A DNA stretch of 64,000 nt from an uncultured Candidatus Binatia bacterium. Lineage in GTDB: Bacteria; Desulfobacterota; Binatia; UBA9968; JAJDTQ01. The notes under the pieces were generated by a model. The model was not told where the DNA came from. It made no database searches and saw only the letters and a program-made list of their open reading frames with translations. The first letter of the stretch is position 1, and every line of letters begins with the position of its first letter. The stretch lies in assembly GCA_965213675.1 (NCBI GenBank), contig OZ243916.1, forward strand, positions 3,584,001 to 3,648,000, read 5' to 3'. Below, piece by piece: positions 50,019 to 59,487 of this stretch. A program made the translations under genes and the position numbers.

Positions 50019-51215
50019 CTACGAGACGCGGTTCGGCTGGCTTTCCTGCGCACCGACGCGACCCAGCGCGGACAACCCTTGGAGCCGGTGGACGATGCCG
50101 GGGACTTTGTCCGCGGCGAACGCTACTTCCTCCGGCGTGTTGTAACGGCTGAGACTGAAGCGGACGGCTCCCTGCAGCCAGCGCGGCGGCACCTTCATGG
50201 CGCGCAGCACGTGGGAGGGTTCCACCGAGCCTGCGGTACAGGCGGAGCCCGTGGAGGCGCAGATGCCGAACTCGTCCAGCAGCACCAGGATCGACTCGCC
50301 TTCCAGGTACTCGAAGGCGATGTTGAGCGTGTTGGGCAGGCGCTCCGCATGACCGCCGTTGACCCGCGCGCCCGGACAGGCGGCGAGAAGCGCGTCTTCC
50401 AGCCCGTCGCGCAGGGCGCTCAACTGCTCGCGTTCGGCGGGGATGTCCCGAGCGGTCAGCTTCGCGGCCTCGCCCATGCCCACGATGCCGGCCACGTTCT
50501 CGGTGCCGGCGCGCCGGCCGCGCTCTTGGTGGCCGCCGATGATGAATGGCCGCAGCGCGATGCCCCGGCGCACGTACAGCGCGCCCACGCCCTTGGGACC
50601 GTGGAACTTGTGGGCCGAGATGGTCAGCAGGTCGATGGGGGCGTTCTTCACGTCGAGGGCGATCTTGCCCGGCACCTGCACCGCGTCCACATGGAAGGGA
50701 ATGCCCCTGGCCCTGACGATCTCGCCGGCTTCCTGCACGGGAAAGACGACCCCGGTCTCGTTGTTGGCGTACATGATGGAGACCAGAGCGGTGTCGTCCG
50801 AGAGGGAGTCGCGCAACTCGTCCAGGTCCAGCCGGCCCTCTTCGTCCACCCCGAGCCAGGTGACGCGGTAGCCCTTCTTTTCCAGGTGCTGGGCGAGGCC
50901 GTGAACCGCGGGGTGCTCCACCGCGGTGGTGACGAAGTGGCGCTTGTTCGGCGCGCTCTCGAGCATGCCGCGGATGGCGGTATTGTCCCCCTCCGACCCG
51001 CAACTCGTGAACATCACCTCGACTTCGTCGGCGGCCCCCAGGAGCCCGGCCACCTGTTTCCGCGCGCGGTCGAGGGCGCGGCCGACACGGGTCCCGAAGC
51101 TGTGGATGCTGGATGGGTTGCCGTAGAGTTCCGTGAGGTAGGGCGCCATGGCCTCGCAGACCGGCGGCGCCACGCGCGTGGTCGCGTTGTTGTCGAAGTA
51201 GACGACGTCGGGCAT
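50019..51215 (-). CDS. nifS: Cysteine desulfurase, NifS-type
   Basis: YFDNNATT, GNPSS, SAHKFHGPKG, STGSAC. Confidence 0.88.
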   Translation of the reverse strand: MPDVVYFDNNATTRVAPPVCEAMAPYLTELYGNPSSIHSFGTRVGRALDRARKQVAGLLGAADEVEVMFTSCGSEGDNTAIRGMLESAPNKRHFVTTAVEHPAVHGLAQHLEKKGYRVTWLGVDEEGRLDLDELRDSLSDDTALVSIMYANNETGVVFPVQEAGEIVRARGIPFHVDAVQVPGKIALDVKNAPIDLLTISAHKFHGPKGVGALYVRRGIALRPFIIGGHQERGRRAGTENVAGIVGMGEAAKLTARDIPAEREQLSALRDGLEDALLAACPGARVNGGHAERLPNTLNIAFEYLEGESILVLLDEFGICASTGSACTAGSVEPSHVLRAMKVPPRWLQGAVRFSLSRYNTPEEVAFAADKVPGIVHRLQGLSALGRVGAQESQPNRVS

Positions 51216-51220
51216 GGCGG

Positions 51221-51550
51221 TCACACCACGAAGGACGCGCCGCACCCGCAACTGCGCTTCACGTTGGGGTTCTGGAACACGAAGGCCGCCTCCATCAGGG
51301 TTTCCCTGTAGTCCAGTTCGGTGCCCCCCAGGTAGAGCAGGCTCTTCAGGTCCACGATCACCTTGGCGCCTTCATGCTCGAAAATGCGGTCCGTGGGCTT
51401 GGGGACGTCGAGATCCATCTTGTATTGCAACCCGGAGCAACCCCCGCCCACGACCTTCAGGCGCAACCCCGTGCAGTCGCGCTCGTCCTGTTCGAGCAGC
51501 TCCTTGATGCGGCCGGCCGCGCTCTCGGTGATTTGGACTCCTGTGGCCAT
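51221..51550 (-). CDS. iscA: Fe-S assembly accessory protein IscA/HesB
   Basis: GGGCSGLQY, NPN...SCGCGASF. Confidence 0.92.
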   Translation of the reverse strand: MATGVQITESAAGRIKELLEQDERDCTGLRLKVVGGGCSGLQYKMDLDVPKPTDRIFEHEGAKVIVDLKSLLYLGGTELDYRETLMEAAFVFQNPNVKRSCGCGASFVV

Positions 51551-51610
51551 GGCGTGTTCCCGTGCTCCGTGGGCGCGCCGCCCGGTGGGCGGGCCCGGTC
51601 TGCCGCCGCG

Positions 51611-52819
51611 TTACCTTCCGGCGGCTGCCTGCGCCGGCCTGGCCGCCGCGTTCCGCTTGGCGTAGGCTGGTGAGAGCCCGCGCAGGCGGTTGACTTCTTC
51701 CTCCACCCGCTTCAGCACGTAGTCCACCTCTTCCTCGGTGTTGAACCGTCCCACGCCGAAGCGGATGGAGCCGTGGGCGAGGTCCTCGCGCACTCCCATG
51801 GCCTTGAGCACGTGAGAAGGTTCCAGCGCGGCGGAGGTGCAGGTGGAGCCGGAGGAGACCGCCACGTCGTTGAGGCCCATGATCAGCGACTCGCCTTCCA
51901 CGTATCCGAAAGCCACGTTGAGGTTGCCGCACAGGCGCTCCGTGGGATGCCCGTTGAGGCGCAGCTCGTCGAGACGCGAGAACAGGCCCGCCTGCAGCCG
52001 GTTGCGCAACGCGGTGATGTGCGGCAGTTCCGCGGCCATCTCGGCGCGCGCGATCTCACACGCCTTGCCGAACCCGACGATGCCCGGGACGTTGAGCGTG
52101 CCCGAGCGCATGCCCCCTTCGTGGCCGCCGCCGTGAATGGTGGGGCTCAGGCGCACCGCGGGTTTGCGCGCGCTGACGTAAAGGGCGCCGATCCCCTTGG
52201 GGCCGTGCAGCTTGTGGGCGGTCATGGAAAGCAGATGGATCCCTGATCTGGCCACGTCGATGGGCATCTTGCCCACCGCCTGGGTGGCGTCGGTATGGAA
52301 CAGGATGCCGTGCTCCCGGGCGATCCGTCCGATGTCGTCCAGCGGCTGGATGGTCCCGACCTCGTTGTTGGCCGCCATGATGGAAATGAGCACGGTCTTG
52401 TCGTCGATGGCCGCGCGCAGCCTGTCGAGGTTCACCGTGCCGCAGGCGTCCACGGGCAGATAGGTGACCCGGTAGCCGTGGCGTTCCAGAAATTTGCAGG
52501 AATCCAGCACCGCCTTGTGCTCGGCCGCGCAGGTGATGACGTGGTCGCCCCGGTCACGGTGCATCTCCGCCACCCCCTGAATGGCGAGGTTGTCCGACTC
52601 GGTGGCGCCGCTGGTGAAGACGATCTCCTTGGGCGCGGCGCCGATCAGCGCGGCCACGTTCTTGCGCGCCTCGTACACCGCGGCGTCCGCCTCCCAACCG
52701 AACGTGTGCTTGCTCGCTGAATTGCCGAACCGCTCCGTGAAGAAGGGCAGCATGGCCTCCACGACCCGGGGATCCACGGGCGTCGTCGCGTGATTGTCGA
52801 AATAAACGGGCAGCTTCAC
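51611..52819 (-). CDS. iscS: Cysteine desulfurase IscS
   Basis: YFDNHATTP, TAHKLHGPKG, GMRSGT, SSGSTC, LR.LSP; AGGAGG RBS, GTG start. Confidence 0.92.
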   Translation of the reverse strand: MKLPVYFDNHATTPVDPRVVEAMLPFFTERFGNSASKHTFGWEADAAVYEARKNVAALIGAAPKEIVFTSGATESDNLAIQGVAEMHRDRGDHVITCAAEHKAVLDSCKFLERHGYRVTYLPVDACGTVNLDRLRAAIDDKTVLISIMAANNEVGTIQPLDDIGRIAREHGILFHTDATQAVGKMPIDVARSGIHLLSMTAHKLHGPKGIGALYVSARKPAVRLSPTIHGGGHEGGMRSGTLNVPGIVGFGKACEIARAEMAAELPHITALRNRLQAGLFSRLDELRLNGHPTERLCGNLNVAFGYVEGESLIMGLNDVAVSSGSTCTSAALEPSHVLKAMGVREDLAHGSIRFGVGRFNTEEEVDYVLKRVEEEVNRLRGLSPAYAKRNAAARPAQAAAGR

Positions 52820-52895
52820 CAAAACACCTCCTGAACCCATTCATTTAGGCTTTCGGCTCCGTGATTGTCAAGAAAGAGCCGGTTTCGGTAGTGAG

Positions 52896-53762
52896 TCAGT
52901 TTGAATTCCTTTTCTTGTAGGTGCCACGCTTCCTGTCTTTCTCCGATTCCCGCGCTTCGATCAATTCTACTATGTCCGCCATATCCCATACCCGTTTCGT
53001 AATTCCAGCTTCCATTGCTGGGGTGACTCGAAGGGTCTGGTGAATCCGGCAAAAGTTGTAGTGCATGAAGTGAAGCGCCACCGCGTGTGCGTGGTTCTCG
53101 ACCTTCTTTGAAAAAGCGTTGGTCAGCCGCGTGAACCGGCGCATGGACATCCGCATGGTGAGATTCTGACGCTCCACATAGCTGGTGCTGATGTGCTTCG
53201 GGTCCGGATCGCCGGTGACGGTCTGCTGCTTGGCTCCGATGCACACTGCCGGGCTGTAGCGGTGTTCGGGGTCTGCCGCGCCGTACATCTTAACGAGTTG
53301 GGCAAAGTCAACGTCCGCTCCGAAAGCGCCCTCTACGGCTTCCAGGTGCGGCTTGTGACCGTCCGTGGTCATTTGCACTCGCTCGGCCACATCGTTCATG
53401 AAGTCAGTGGCGTATCCCGCGTCACGTACGCCCACGAGCCAGGAGATGGCCAGCCTGGAATCCGCGTCGATGGCCGTCCATGTCCAAACGTCGCCCGCGC
53501 CCGTAGGGGCGGCCTTCGCACTCGCCACGTTTTTTTGCTTGGAGTAGCAGAAGCTCCAGATTTCATCGCACTGGACGCGACGGCTGTTGAGACCGCGTAC
53601 ATAGGCGTCATGGTACCCTTGGCAAGCCGCCCCTGCATCGCTCAGGAGCTTCGCCGCCGTATTCTTGCTAGCACCTGTGACTCGGACGATAGCGCGGATC
53701 GCCATGCCCTCGCACAGGAGTTGCAGAATCTGTGCCCGTTCTTTGGGAGAGAGCTTGTTCAT
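52896..53762 (-). CDS. IS1-family DDE transposase (single ORF, N-terminal HTH)
   Basis: [18 protein letters not shown]; [46 protein letters not shown]; stop codon lies inside the IR. Confidence 0.9.
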   Translation of the reverse strand: MNKLSPKERAQILQLLCEGMAIRAIVRVTGASKNTAAKLLSDAGAACQGYHDAYVRGLNSRRVQCDEIWSFCYSKQKNVASAKAAPTGAGDVWTWTAIDADSRLAISWLVGVRDAGYATDFMNDVAERVQMTTDGHKPHLEAVEGAFGADVDFAQLVKMYGAADPEHRYSPAVCIGAKQQTVTGDPDPKHISTSYVERQNLTMRMSMRRFTRLTNAFSKKVENHAHAVALHFMHYNFCRIHQTLRVTPAMEAGITKRVWDMADIVELIEARESEKDRKRGTYKKRNSN

Positions 53763-53871
53763 GGTTTTGAATGTGGCCCACCCCTTGGCCCATGTCAAGC
53801 ATAATAGTCAGTTTAATGCATTGCCATAACTAAGCAATTGACGATGACGCTCCAACGTGCCATCTTCTGGC

Positions 53872-54168
53872 ATGAAGATCGTGTTCCTTGATGAGCGCCT
53901 CGCCCTAATCCGCACAGATCAAGCGGCAAAGACGAAACTGCCGTTTTCAGTAATCAAGTCGGCGAGGGAAAAGCTGATCATCCTTGAGGCGGCGCCGGAC
54001 GAAAGGGTGCTAAGGAACTGGAAGAGTCTTCGCTACGAGAAGCTCAAAGGTGACAGACAAGACCGGAGATCGATTCGACTGAATAATCAATGGCGTATTG
54101 TGTTCCAACTCGACAACCATACCGAACCGCCGACGATCACTGTGCTGGCGGTTGAGGACTACCACTAA
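53872..54168 (+). CDS. RelE/HigB-family toxin
   Basis: SLRYEKLKGDR...SIRLNNQWRIVF...VEDYH. Confidence 0.88.
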   Translation: MKIVFLDERLALIRTDQAAKTKLPFSVIKSAREKLIILEAAPDERVLRNWKSLRYEKLKGDRQDRRSIRLNNQWRIVFQLDNHTEPPTITVLAVEDYH

Positions 54169-54185
54169 ATCAGGGAGGCTGCGAC

Positions 54186-55301
54186 ATGGATTACGTAGGC
54201 GACGTTCCGCACCCGGGCTACTTTATCCAGGAGGAACTGGACGCGCGTGGCTGGGGACAAGTTGACCTTGCCTATGTTCTGGGGATTTCCGCACAGGCGT
54301 TGAATCCGATAATCAAGGGGAAGCGTGCGATCACACCCGACATGGCGCGCGCGCTCGGTGATGCGTTTGATGTTTCCGGAGAATTCTTCGCTAATCTTCA
54401 GAAGTTGAGCGACCTTGCCCTTGCGCGCGTACCGGATCCCGACGTTTCCCGCAAGGCCAAACTGCAATCGGTGTTCCCGATTCGCGAGATGATTCGGCGC
54501 GGTTGGTTGACGGACGCCAAGGGACCAATCTTGGAGGCTGAGGTTGCCCAGTTTTTTGAGAAAAAGTCATTGGAGCAAGTACCGTACTTTGCCCACGCGG
54601 CCAAGAAGACCAACTACGCAGAGGTCACTCCCGCCCAGCTAGCGTGGCTCTATCGAGTGAGGCAGATCGCCAGAGAAATGGTTGTGCCGCGCTATAGCAA
54701 GAATAAGCTGACAAGAGCCGTTGAACACTTCCGCCATTTCCGCATAGGCCCGGAAAATGCGCGACATATACCAGGGGTCCTCGCAGATTGTGGCGTACGT
54801 TTTGTTGCTGTCGAATCACTGCCGGGCGCGAAAATTGACGGTTCCTGCTTTTGGCTTGGAAGGTCTCCGGTCATCGGCATGAGTCTACTGTATGACCGCA
54901 TCGATAATTTCTGGTTTGTCTTGGTTCATGAAATCGAGCACGTGTTGAGGGAACACGGCAAGCGTCGAATCCTTATCGACGTAGAGGTCGAGAAGGATTC
55001 CACGGATATCCCGGAAGAGGAAAAGACGGCTAACGCCGCCGCCCAAGAGTTCTGTGTCCCGCAGGACGAGATGGATTCCTTCCATATAAGGAAGAATCCA
55101 TACTTTTCTGAGAGAGACGTGTTGTTGTTTGCCAGGCGTATCCAGGTCCACCCTGGCCTTGTGGCCGGCCAACTTAGGCGAAGGTTGGGAAGGTGGAATC
55201 TCTTCAATTCAATGCTGGAAAAGATTCGGCACCACGTAATCTCTTCGGCCGAGCATGACGGGTGGGGTCATGTGGCTTCGGTGAATGGATGGGAGGACTG
55301 A
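54186..55301 (+). CDS. HigA-type HTH fused to ImmA/IrrE (M78) metallopeptidase domain
   Basis: HPGYFIQEELDARGW.Q.DLA HTH; KIDG, DRIDNFWF.L.HEIEH (HExxH), E..AN; GGAGG RBS. Confidence 0.9.
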   Translation: MDYVGDVPHPGYFIQEELDARGWGQVDLAYVLGISAQALNPIIKGKRAITPDMARALGDAFDVSGEFFANLQKLSDLALARVPDPDVSRKAKLQSVFPIREMIRRGWLTDAKGPILEAEVAQFFEKKSLEQVPYFAHAAKKTNYAEVTPAQLAWLYRVRQIAREMVVPRYSKNKLTRAVEHFRHFRIGPENARHIPGVLADCGVRFVAVESLPGAKIDGSCFWLGRSPVIGMSLLYDRIDNFWFVLVHEIEHVLREHGKRRILIDVEVEKDSTDIPEEEKTANAAAQEFCVPQDEMDSFHIRKNPYFSERDVLLFARRIQVHPGLVAGQLRRRLGRWNLFNSMLEKIRHHVISSAEHDGWGHVASVNGWED

Positions 55302-55302
55302 C

Positions 55303-55464
55303 TCGCAGCGGAGACGGCAGGTCGTAGGCGATTGCCTTCAGCTCAAGACAGACGTTGATGTCTACAACGACCAACACTACGACGATGAGCCGATTCCGCT
55401 GGAACTGGACTTCACGCGTGATGTCGAGGAACTCCAGTTGGGCCAGTCGGACGAAGCGGCCTAG
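55303..55464 (+). pseudogene. C-terminal remnant of a third operon gene (start deleted)
   Basis: SQRRRQVVGDCLQLKTDVDVYNDQH...LDFTRDVEELQ...*; orphan GGAGGA RBS just upstream with no start codon. Confidence 0.6.
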
Positions 55465-55682
55465 TCTCGCTTCTTCCACCTCGTTTGGGCGGCGAGGCTT
55501 GCTATCTCCGACCGTTCTCCGGGCGATAACTTGGCCGCACGGGCTGGGCCACCCAGCTCGCCAGCCTTCCGGGCTCGCTTGGCTCGTTCGGTTTCCGCTG
55601 GCTCTTGGATGTCCCCGGTGGCGATGTCCACCATCAGCTTGGCGAGTTGGTTGGGATCGCGTGGGCGTTTCACTTTTGGCAT
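55461..55682 (-). CDS. Small basic IS-associated protein (73 aa)
   Basis: MPKVKRPRDPNQLAKLMVDIATG...GELGGPARAAKLSPGERSEIA..AA..RW; next to the IR, with a TTGACA promoter. Confidence 0.8.
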   Translation of the reverse strand: MPKVKRPRDPNQLAKLMVDIATGDIQEPAETERAKRARKAGELGGPARAAKLSPGERSEIASLAAQTRWKKRD

Positions 55683-55714
55683 AAAGGAAGGGTGCCCATG
55701 GCCCCCTGCGGATG

Positions 55715-58474
55715 TCAATGGGGCTCAGATTCAAACTGACCCATTACCCCGGCTTCGTTCCCCTGCCTCTCGCCACGATTCGATAAACCCGACCCCTGGG
55801 CGTGGAGCGAGCGGTCGGGGTGTTGCAACTCCCGCAGGCATTGCCCGGTGGCGGACGCGGCCACCCGCATCACATCCTCGGGCGTTCCGGCGGCCACCAC
55901 GCGGCCGCCGTTCTCCCCGCCCTCGGGGCCCAGGTCGACGATGTAGTCGGCGTGGCGCAGGAAATCCGGGTTGTGCTCGATGGCGATGACCGTGTGGCCG
56001 GCTTCCACCAGCCGGTGGAGGATCTCCAGCAGCCGGCTCACTTCCTCGAAGTGGAGGCCGGTGGTGGGCTCGTCAAACAGATAGAGGGCGTGGCCGCCGG
56101 GCCGCTTGCTCAACTCCCGCGCGAGTTTCACCCGTTGGGCCTCGCCGCCCGAAAGCGTCGTGGCCCGCTGCCCCAGCCGCAGGTAGCCCAGCCCCACCTG
56201 CCGCAAGGTCTCCAGCCGCGCCCGGATCAGCGGCACGTTGCCCAGCAGTTCCAGCGCTTCGGTGACGGTGAGGTCGAGTACGTCGGCGATGTTGGCGCCC
56301 TTGTAGCGGATCTCCAGGGTCTCGCGGTTGTACCGGCGCCCGCCGCAGACGTCGCAGGTCACGGATACGTCCGGGAGGAACTGCATCTCGATGTCCACCG
56401 TGCCGGCGCCCTGGCACGCTTCGCAGCGCCCTCCCGCCGCGTTGTGGGAGAAGCGCCCGGCGCCGTAGCCGCGCAACCGGGCCTCCGGCAAACGCGCGAA
56501 CAGGTTGCGCAAGGGGTCGAAGAGTCCGCCGTAGGTGGCCGGAGTGGAGCGGCTGCTGCGTCCGATGGAGCCCTGATCGACGTAGAGGACGCGGTCGAAG
56601 GCCTCGAGGCCGGTGACCGCGGTCGCGGATGCGCTCCCCGGCCGCGCCCGCCGGCGGGAACCCGCGCTGCTCCGACGCGCTGCGGTCTTGCCTTTGGAAG
56701 GCGTGGGCGCGCGTGACGCCGTCCTTGCGGCGTGGCGCGGTGCCGCCCCGTACAAGGTGTCCGCCACGAGGCTGCTCTTGCCCGAGCCAGATACCCCTGT
56801 CACGCAGGTCAGCGCCCCGATGGGGAAGTCCACGTCGAGGTTCTTCAGGTTGTGGCGCGTGGCGTTGCGGATGGAAATCGCGCCGTTGCCGGCGCGCCGC
56901 CGGGGAGAGGGCGCGGCCGTCGCCCCGGTCAGGTACGGTCCCGTGCGGGATGCGGGGTGTGCGCGGATCTCTTCCACCGACCCCGTCGCGAGCACCTCCC
57001 CTCCCTCGACACCCGCCCCCGGCCCCATGTCGATGACGTGGTCCGCGGCCAGGATCACGTCCCGGTCGTGCTCCACGACGAGCACGGTGTTGTCCGCGTC
57101 CTTGAGGTCCCGCAGCACCCCGAGGAGCCGCGCGGTGTCCCGCGGGTGGAGCCCGACCGTGGGTTCGTCGAGCACGTAGATGACCCCGGAGAGCCGCGCG
57201 CCGATATGAGCGGCCAGCCGGATCCTCTGGCACTCGCCCCCCGACAGGCTGTCGGACACGCGCGCCAGCGTCAGGTAACCCAGCTCCAGCCGCAGCAGCG
57301 CGGCGGTGCGCTCGCGGATTTCGCGCAGGACGTTCCCGGCCACCGCGGACTCGCGTGCCCCCAGGGTCAGACCTTGGATAAATCGCTGCAAGTCCTTCAG
57401 CGACAAAGCGGAAACCTGGGCGATGTCCAGTCCGCCGATCTTCACCAGGAGACTTTCCCGGCGCAGCCGGGCGCCGCGGCATGCGGCACAGGGGGGCGAA
57501 GCCTCCTTTGCGCCCGTGTCCGCGTCCGCGCCGTCCGCGCGCGCTCCCGTCGGCGCGTTCCCACGAGTCGGTCCGCGCGCCTGAACGCCGAGTCCATGAC
57601 ACGCCGGACAGGCCCCGTGCGGGCTGTTGAACGAAAAGAGCTGCGGCACGATCTCCGGGAACGGGATGCCGCAATCAAGACACGCGGCGCGTTGGCTGTA
57701 ACGGCGGAACTCCGTGCCGGCGCCGTCGCGTATTTCCACGGCCACGACCCCGTCGCCGTGTTCCAGGGCCACCTCCAGCGAGTCGGCGAGGCGCTTGGCG
57801 ACCCCCTCCCGCGCCACCAGCCGGTCCACCACCAACTCCGCCCTGCCCGGCGCAGGCGCGTGCGTCGCGTGGGCCGTCTCCGCCGCGGCGGCCCTCTCCG
57901 CGGCCTCCACAATCTCCGCGGTCTCCGCCACCTCGCCGTCCAGCCTGACACGCACGAATCCCGCGCGCATCACCCGTTGGATCTCGCGCCGGAACTCGTC
58001 CGCGTCGCCGCAACGCAAGGGGGCCAGCACCTCGATGCGCGCGCCCGCGGGCCGCTCCAGCACCGCGTCCACCATCTGCTGCACCGTGTGTACGACGATG
58101 GGCTTGCCGCAACCCAGGCAGTGAGGCCGCCCCACATGCGTGAACAGGAGCCGAAGGTGGTCGTGGATTTCCGTCAGCGTTCCCACCGTGGAACGGGGGT
58201 TCTCGTGGAAACGCCGTTGCGGCACCGCGATGGCCGGAGAAAGCCCGTGGATGGAATCCACATCGGCCCGCGCCAGCGGGTTGAGAAGCTGGCGCGCGTA
58301 GGTGGAAAGCGACTGCATGTAGTGCCGTTGTCCTTCCGCGTACACCGTGTCGAAGGCCAGCGACGACTTCCCCGATCCGGAAACCCCGGTGATGACCACC
58401 AGCTTTCCTCGGGGGATTTCGACGTCCACATTCTTGAGATTGTGTAGGCGCGCGCCTTTGACGACGATGTTCAT
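55715..58474 (-). CDS. uvrA: Excinuclease ABC subunit A; 3' tail derived from the IS
   Basis: [14 protein letters not shown] x2, [27 protein letters not shown]; ATGA overlap with pdxA. Confidence 0.93.
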   Translation of the reverse strand: MNIVVKGARLHNLKNVDVEIPRGKLVVITGVSGSGKSSLAFDTVYAEGQRHYMQSLSTYARQLLNPLARADVDSIHGLSPAIAVPQRRFHENPRSTVGTLTEIHDHLRLLFTHVGRPHCLGCGKPIVVHTVQQMVDAVLERPAGARIEVLAPLRCGDADEFRREIQRVMRAGFVRVRLDGEVAETAEIVEAAERAAAAETAHATHAPAPGRAELVVDRLVAREGVAKRLADSLEVALEHGDGVVAVEIRDGAGTEFRRYSQRAACLDCGIPFPEIVPQLFSFNSPHGACPACHGLGVQARGPTRGNAPTGARADGADADTGAKEASPPCAACRGARLRRESLLVKIGGLDIAQVSALSLKDLQRFIQGLTLGARESAVAGNVLREIRERTAALLRLELGYLTLARVSDSLSGGECQRIRLAAHIGARLSGVIYVLDEPTVGLHPRDTARLLGVLRDLKDADNTVLVVEHDRDVILAADHVIDMGPGAGVEGGEVLATGSVEEIRAHPASRTGPYLTGATAAPSPRRRAGNGAISIRNATRHNLKNLDVDFPIGALTCVTGVSGSGKSSLVADTLYGAAPRHAARTASRAPTPSKGKTAARRSSAGSRRRARPGSASATAVTGLEAFDRVLYVDQGSIGRSSRSTPATYGGLFDPLRNLFARLPEARLRGYGAGRFSHNAAGGRCEACQGAGTVDIEMQFLPDVSVTCDVCGGRRYNRETLEIRYKGANIADVLDLTVTEALELLGNVPLIRARLETLRQVGLGYLRLGQRATTLSGGEAQRVKLARELSKRPGGHALYLFDEPTTGLHFEEVSRLLEILHRLVEAGHTVIAIEHNPDFLRHADYIVDLGPEGGENGGRVVAAGTPEDVMRVAASATGQCLRELQHPDRSLHAQGSGLSNRGERQGNEAGVMGQFESEPH

Positions 58475-59454
58475 GCCCGCCGCGCCAGTTCCGCGGCCAG
58501 CAGGATCGCCTGCTTCATGCTGCGGCTGTCGGCGATTCCCTGGCCGGCAATGTCGTAGGCGGTGCCGTGGTCCGCGGAGGTTCGAATGAGTGGCAATCCC
58601 AGGGTCAGGTTGACGCCGTCGGTGAAGTGCAAGAGCTTGAACGGCCCGAGTCCCTGGTCGTGGTACATGCACACCACCGCGTCGTAGTCGCCGCGCGCGG
58701 CCCGGTGAAACAGGCTGTCCGCCGGAACCGGGCCGGCCACCGTCATGCCGCCGGCGGCACAGTTCCGCACCGCCGGCCGGATCAACCGCCGCTCCTCCTG
58801 ACCGAACATGCCGTCCTCGCCGCCGTGGGGGTTCAGCGCCGCCACCGCCAGACGCGGCTGCGCCACGCCGAACCACTGCCGCAGGGCCTTGTGCGTCAAC
58901 TCGATGGTGGTGCGCACGCGCGCCCGAGTCAGAGCGGCGGCCACTTCGGTGAGCGGCAGGTGCACCGTCACCAGCACCACCTTCAGACGATCCCCGTACA
59001 GCATCATGCGCACGTCCCGCGTGCCCGTGACGTCGGCCAGGAGTTCGGTGTGTCCCGGATAGAGGTGGCCAGCGTCGTTGAGCGCCTTCTTGCTGATGGG
59101 CGCCGTGGCCATGGCGTGGGCCGCGCCGGTGCGGATGAGCTCCACGGCGCGAAGAATGTACTGGTAGCAGGCCTCGCCTCCGGCTCGCGTCGACCGGCCC
59201 GGCCGGACCTGGGAGGGCTTGAGGCGGGTGACGGCGTCGACGGCGGTGGGAGCGCCGGCCGGCGGGGGTTCGTCCGGATTCCGCACCGGCCATCGCGGCG
59301 CGCGCGCCTGTTCGAGCAACAAAGGGTCGCCCACCAGCACCACGCGGCAGGCGCGGCGCACCGCCGCATCACGGGCCGCCTTGACCGCCACTTCGGGTCC
59401 GATCCCAGCGGGATCGCCCATGGTGACGGCGACTACCGGCTTCGCGATGGGCAC
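58471..59454 (-). CDS. pdxA: 4-hydroxythreonine-4-phosphate dehydrogenase
   Basis: [35 protein letters not shown]. Confidence 0.96.
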   Translation of the reverse strand: MPIAKPVVAVTMGDPAGIGPEVAVKAARDAAVRRACRVVLVGDPLLLEQARAPRWPVRNPDEPPPAGAPTAVDAVTRLKPSQVRPGRSTRAGGEACYQYILRAVELIRTGAAHAMATAPISKKALNDAGHLYPGHTELLADVTGTRDVRMMLYGDRLKVVLVTVHLPLTEVAAALTRARVRTTIELTHKALRQWFGVAQPRLAVAALNPHGGEDGMFGQEERRLIRPAVRNCAAGGMTVAGPVPADSLFHRAARGDYDAVVCMYHDQGLGPFKLLHFTDGVNLTLGLPLIRTSADHGTAYDIAGQGIADSRSMKQAILLAAELARRA

Positions 59455-59487
59455 CGGGTTCGTCCTTGCCAGCCGTAGCGCCGAACC

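Larger units (their letters stand above)
52887..55748 (-). mobile_element. IS1-family cargo-carrying insertion sequence (2862 bp)
   Basis: IRs GGTAGTGAGTCAGTTTGAAT (52887-52906) and ATTCAAACTGACCCATTACC (55729-55748), 18/20 match; flanks CCGGTTTC (52879-52886) and CCGGCTTC (55749-55756); transposase inside. Confidence 0.9.

Noticed and set aside
53370-53405. Possible small in-frame deletion in the transposase ([12 protein letters not shown])
   Set aside because: Seems short relative to recalled homologs but cannot be confirmed without alignment; DDE motifs look intact
58475-59293. N-terminal extension making UvrA 1192 aa
   Set aside because: Alternate frame over pdxA; UvrA homology starts at MNIVVKGAR (58474)
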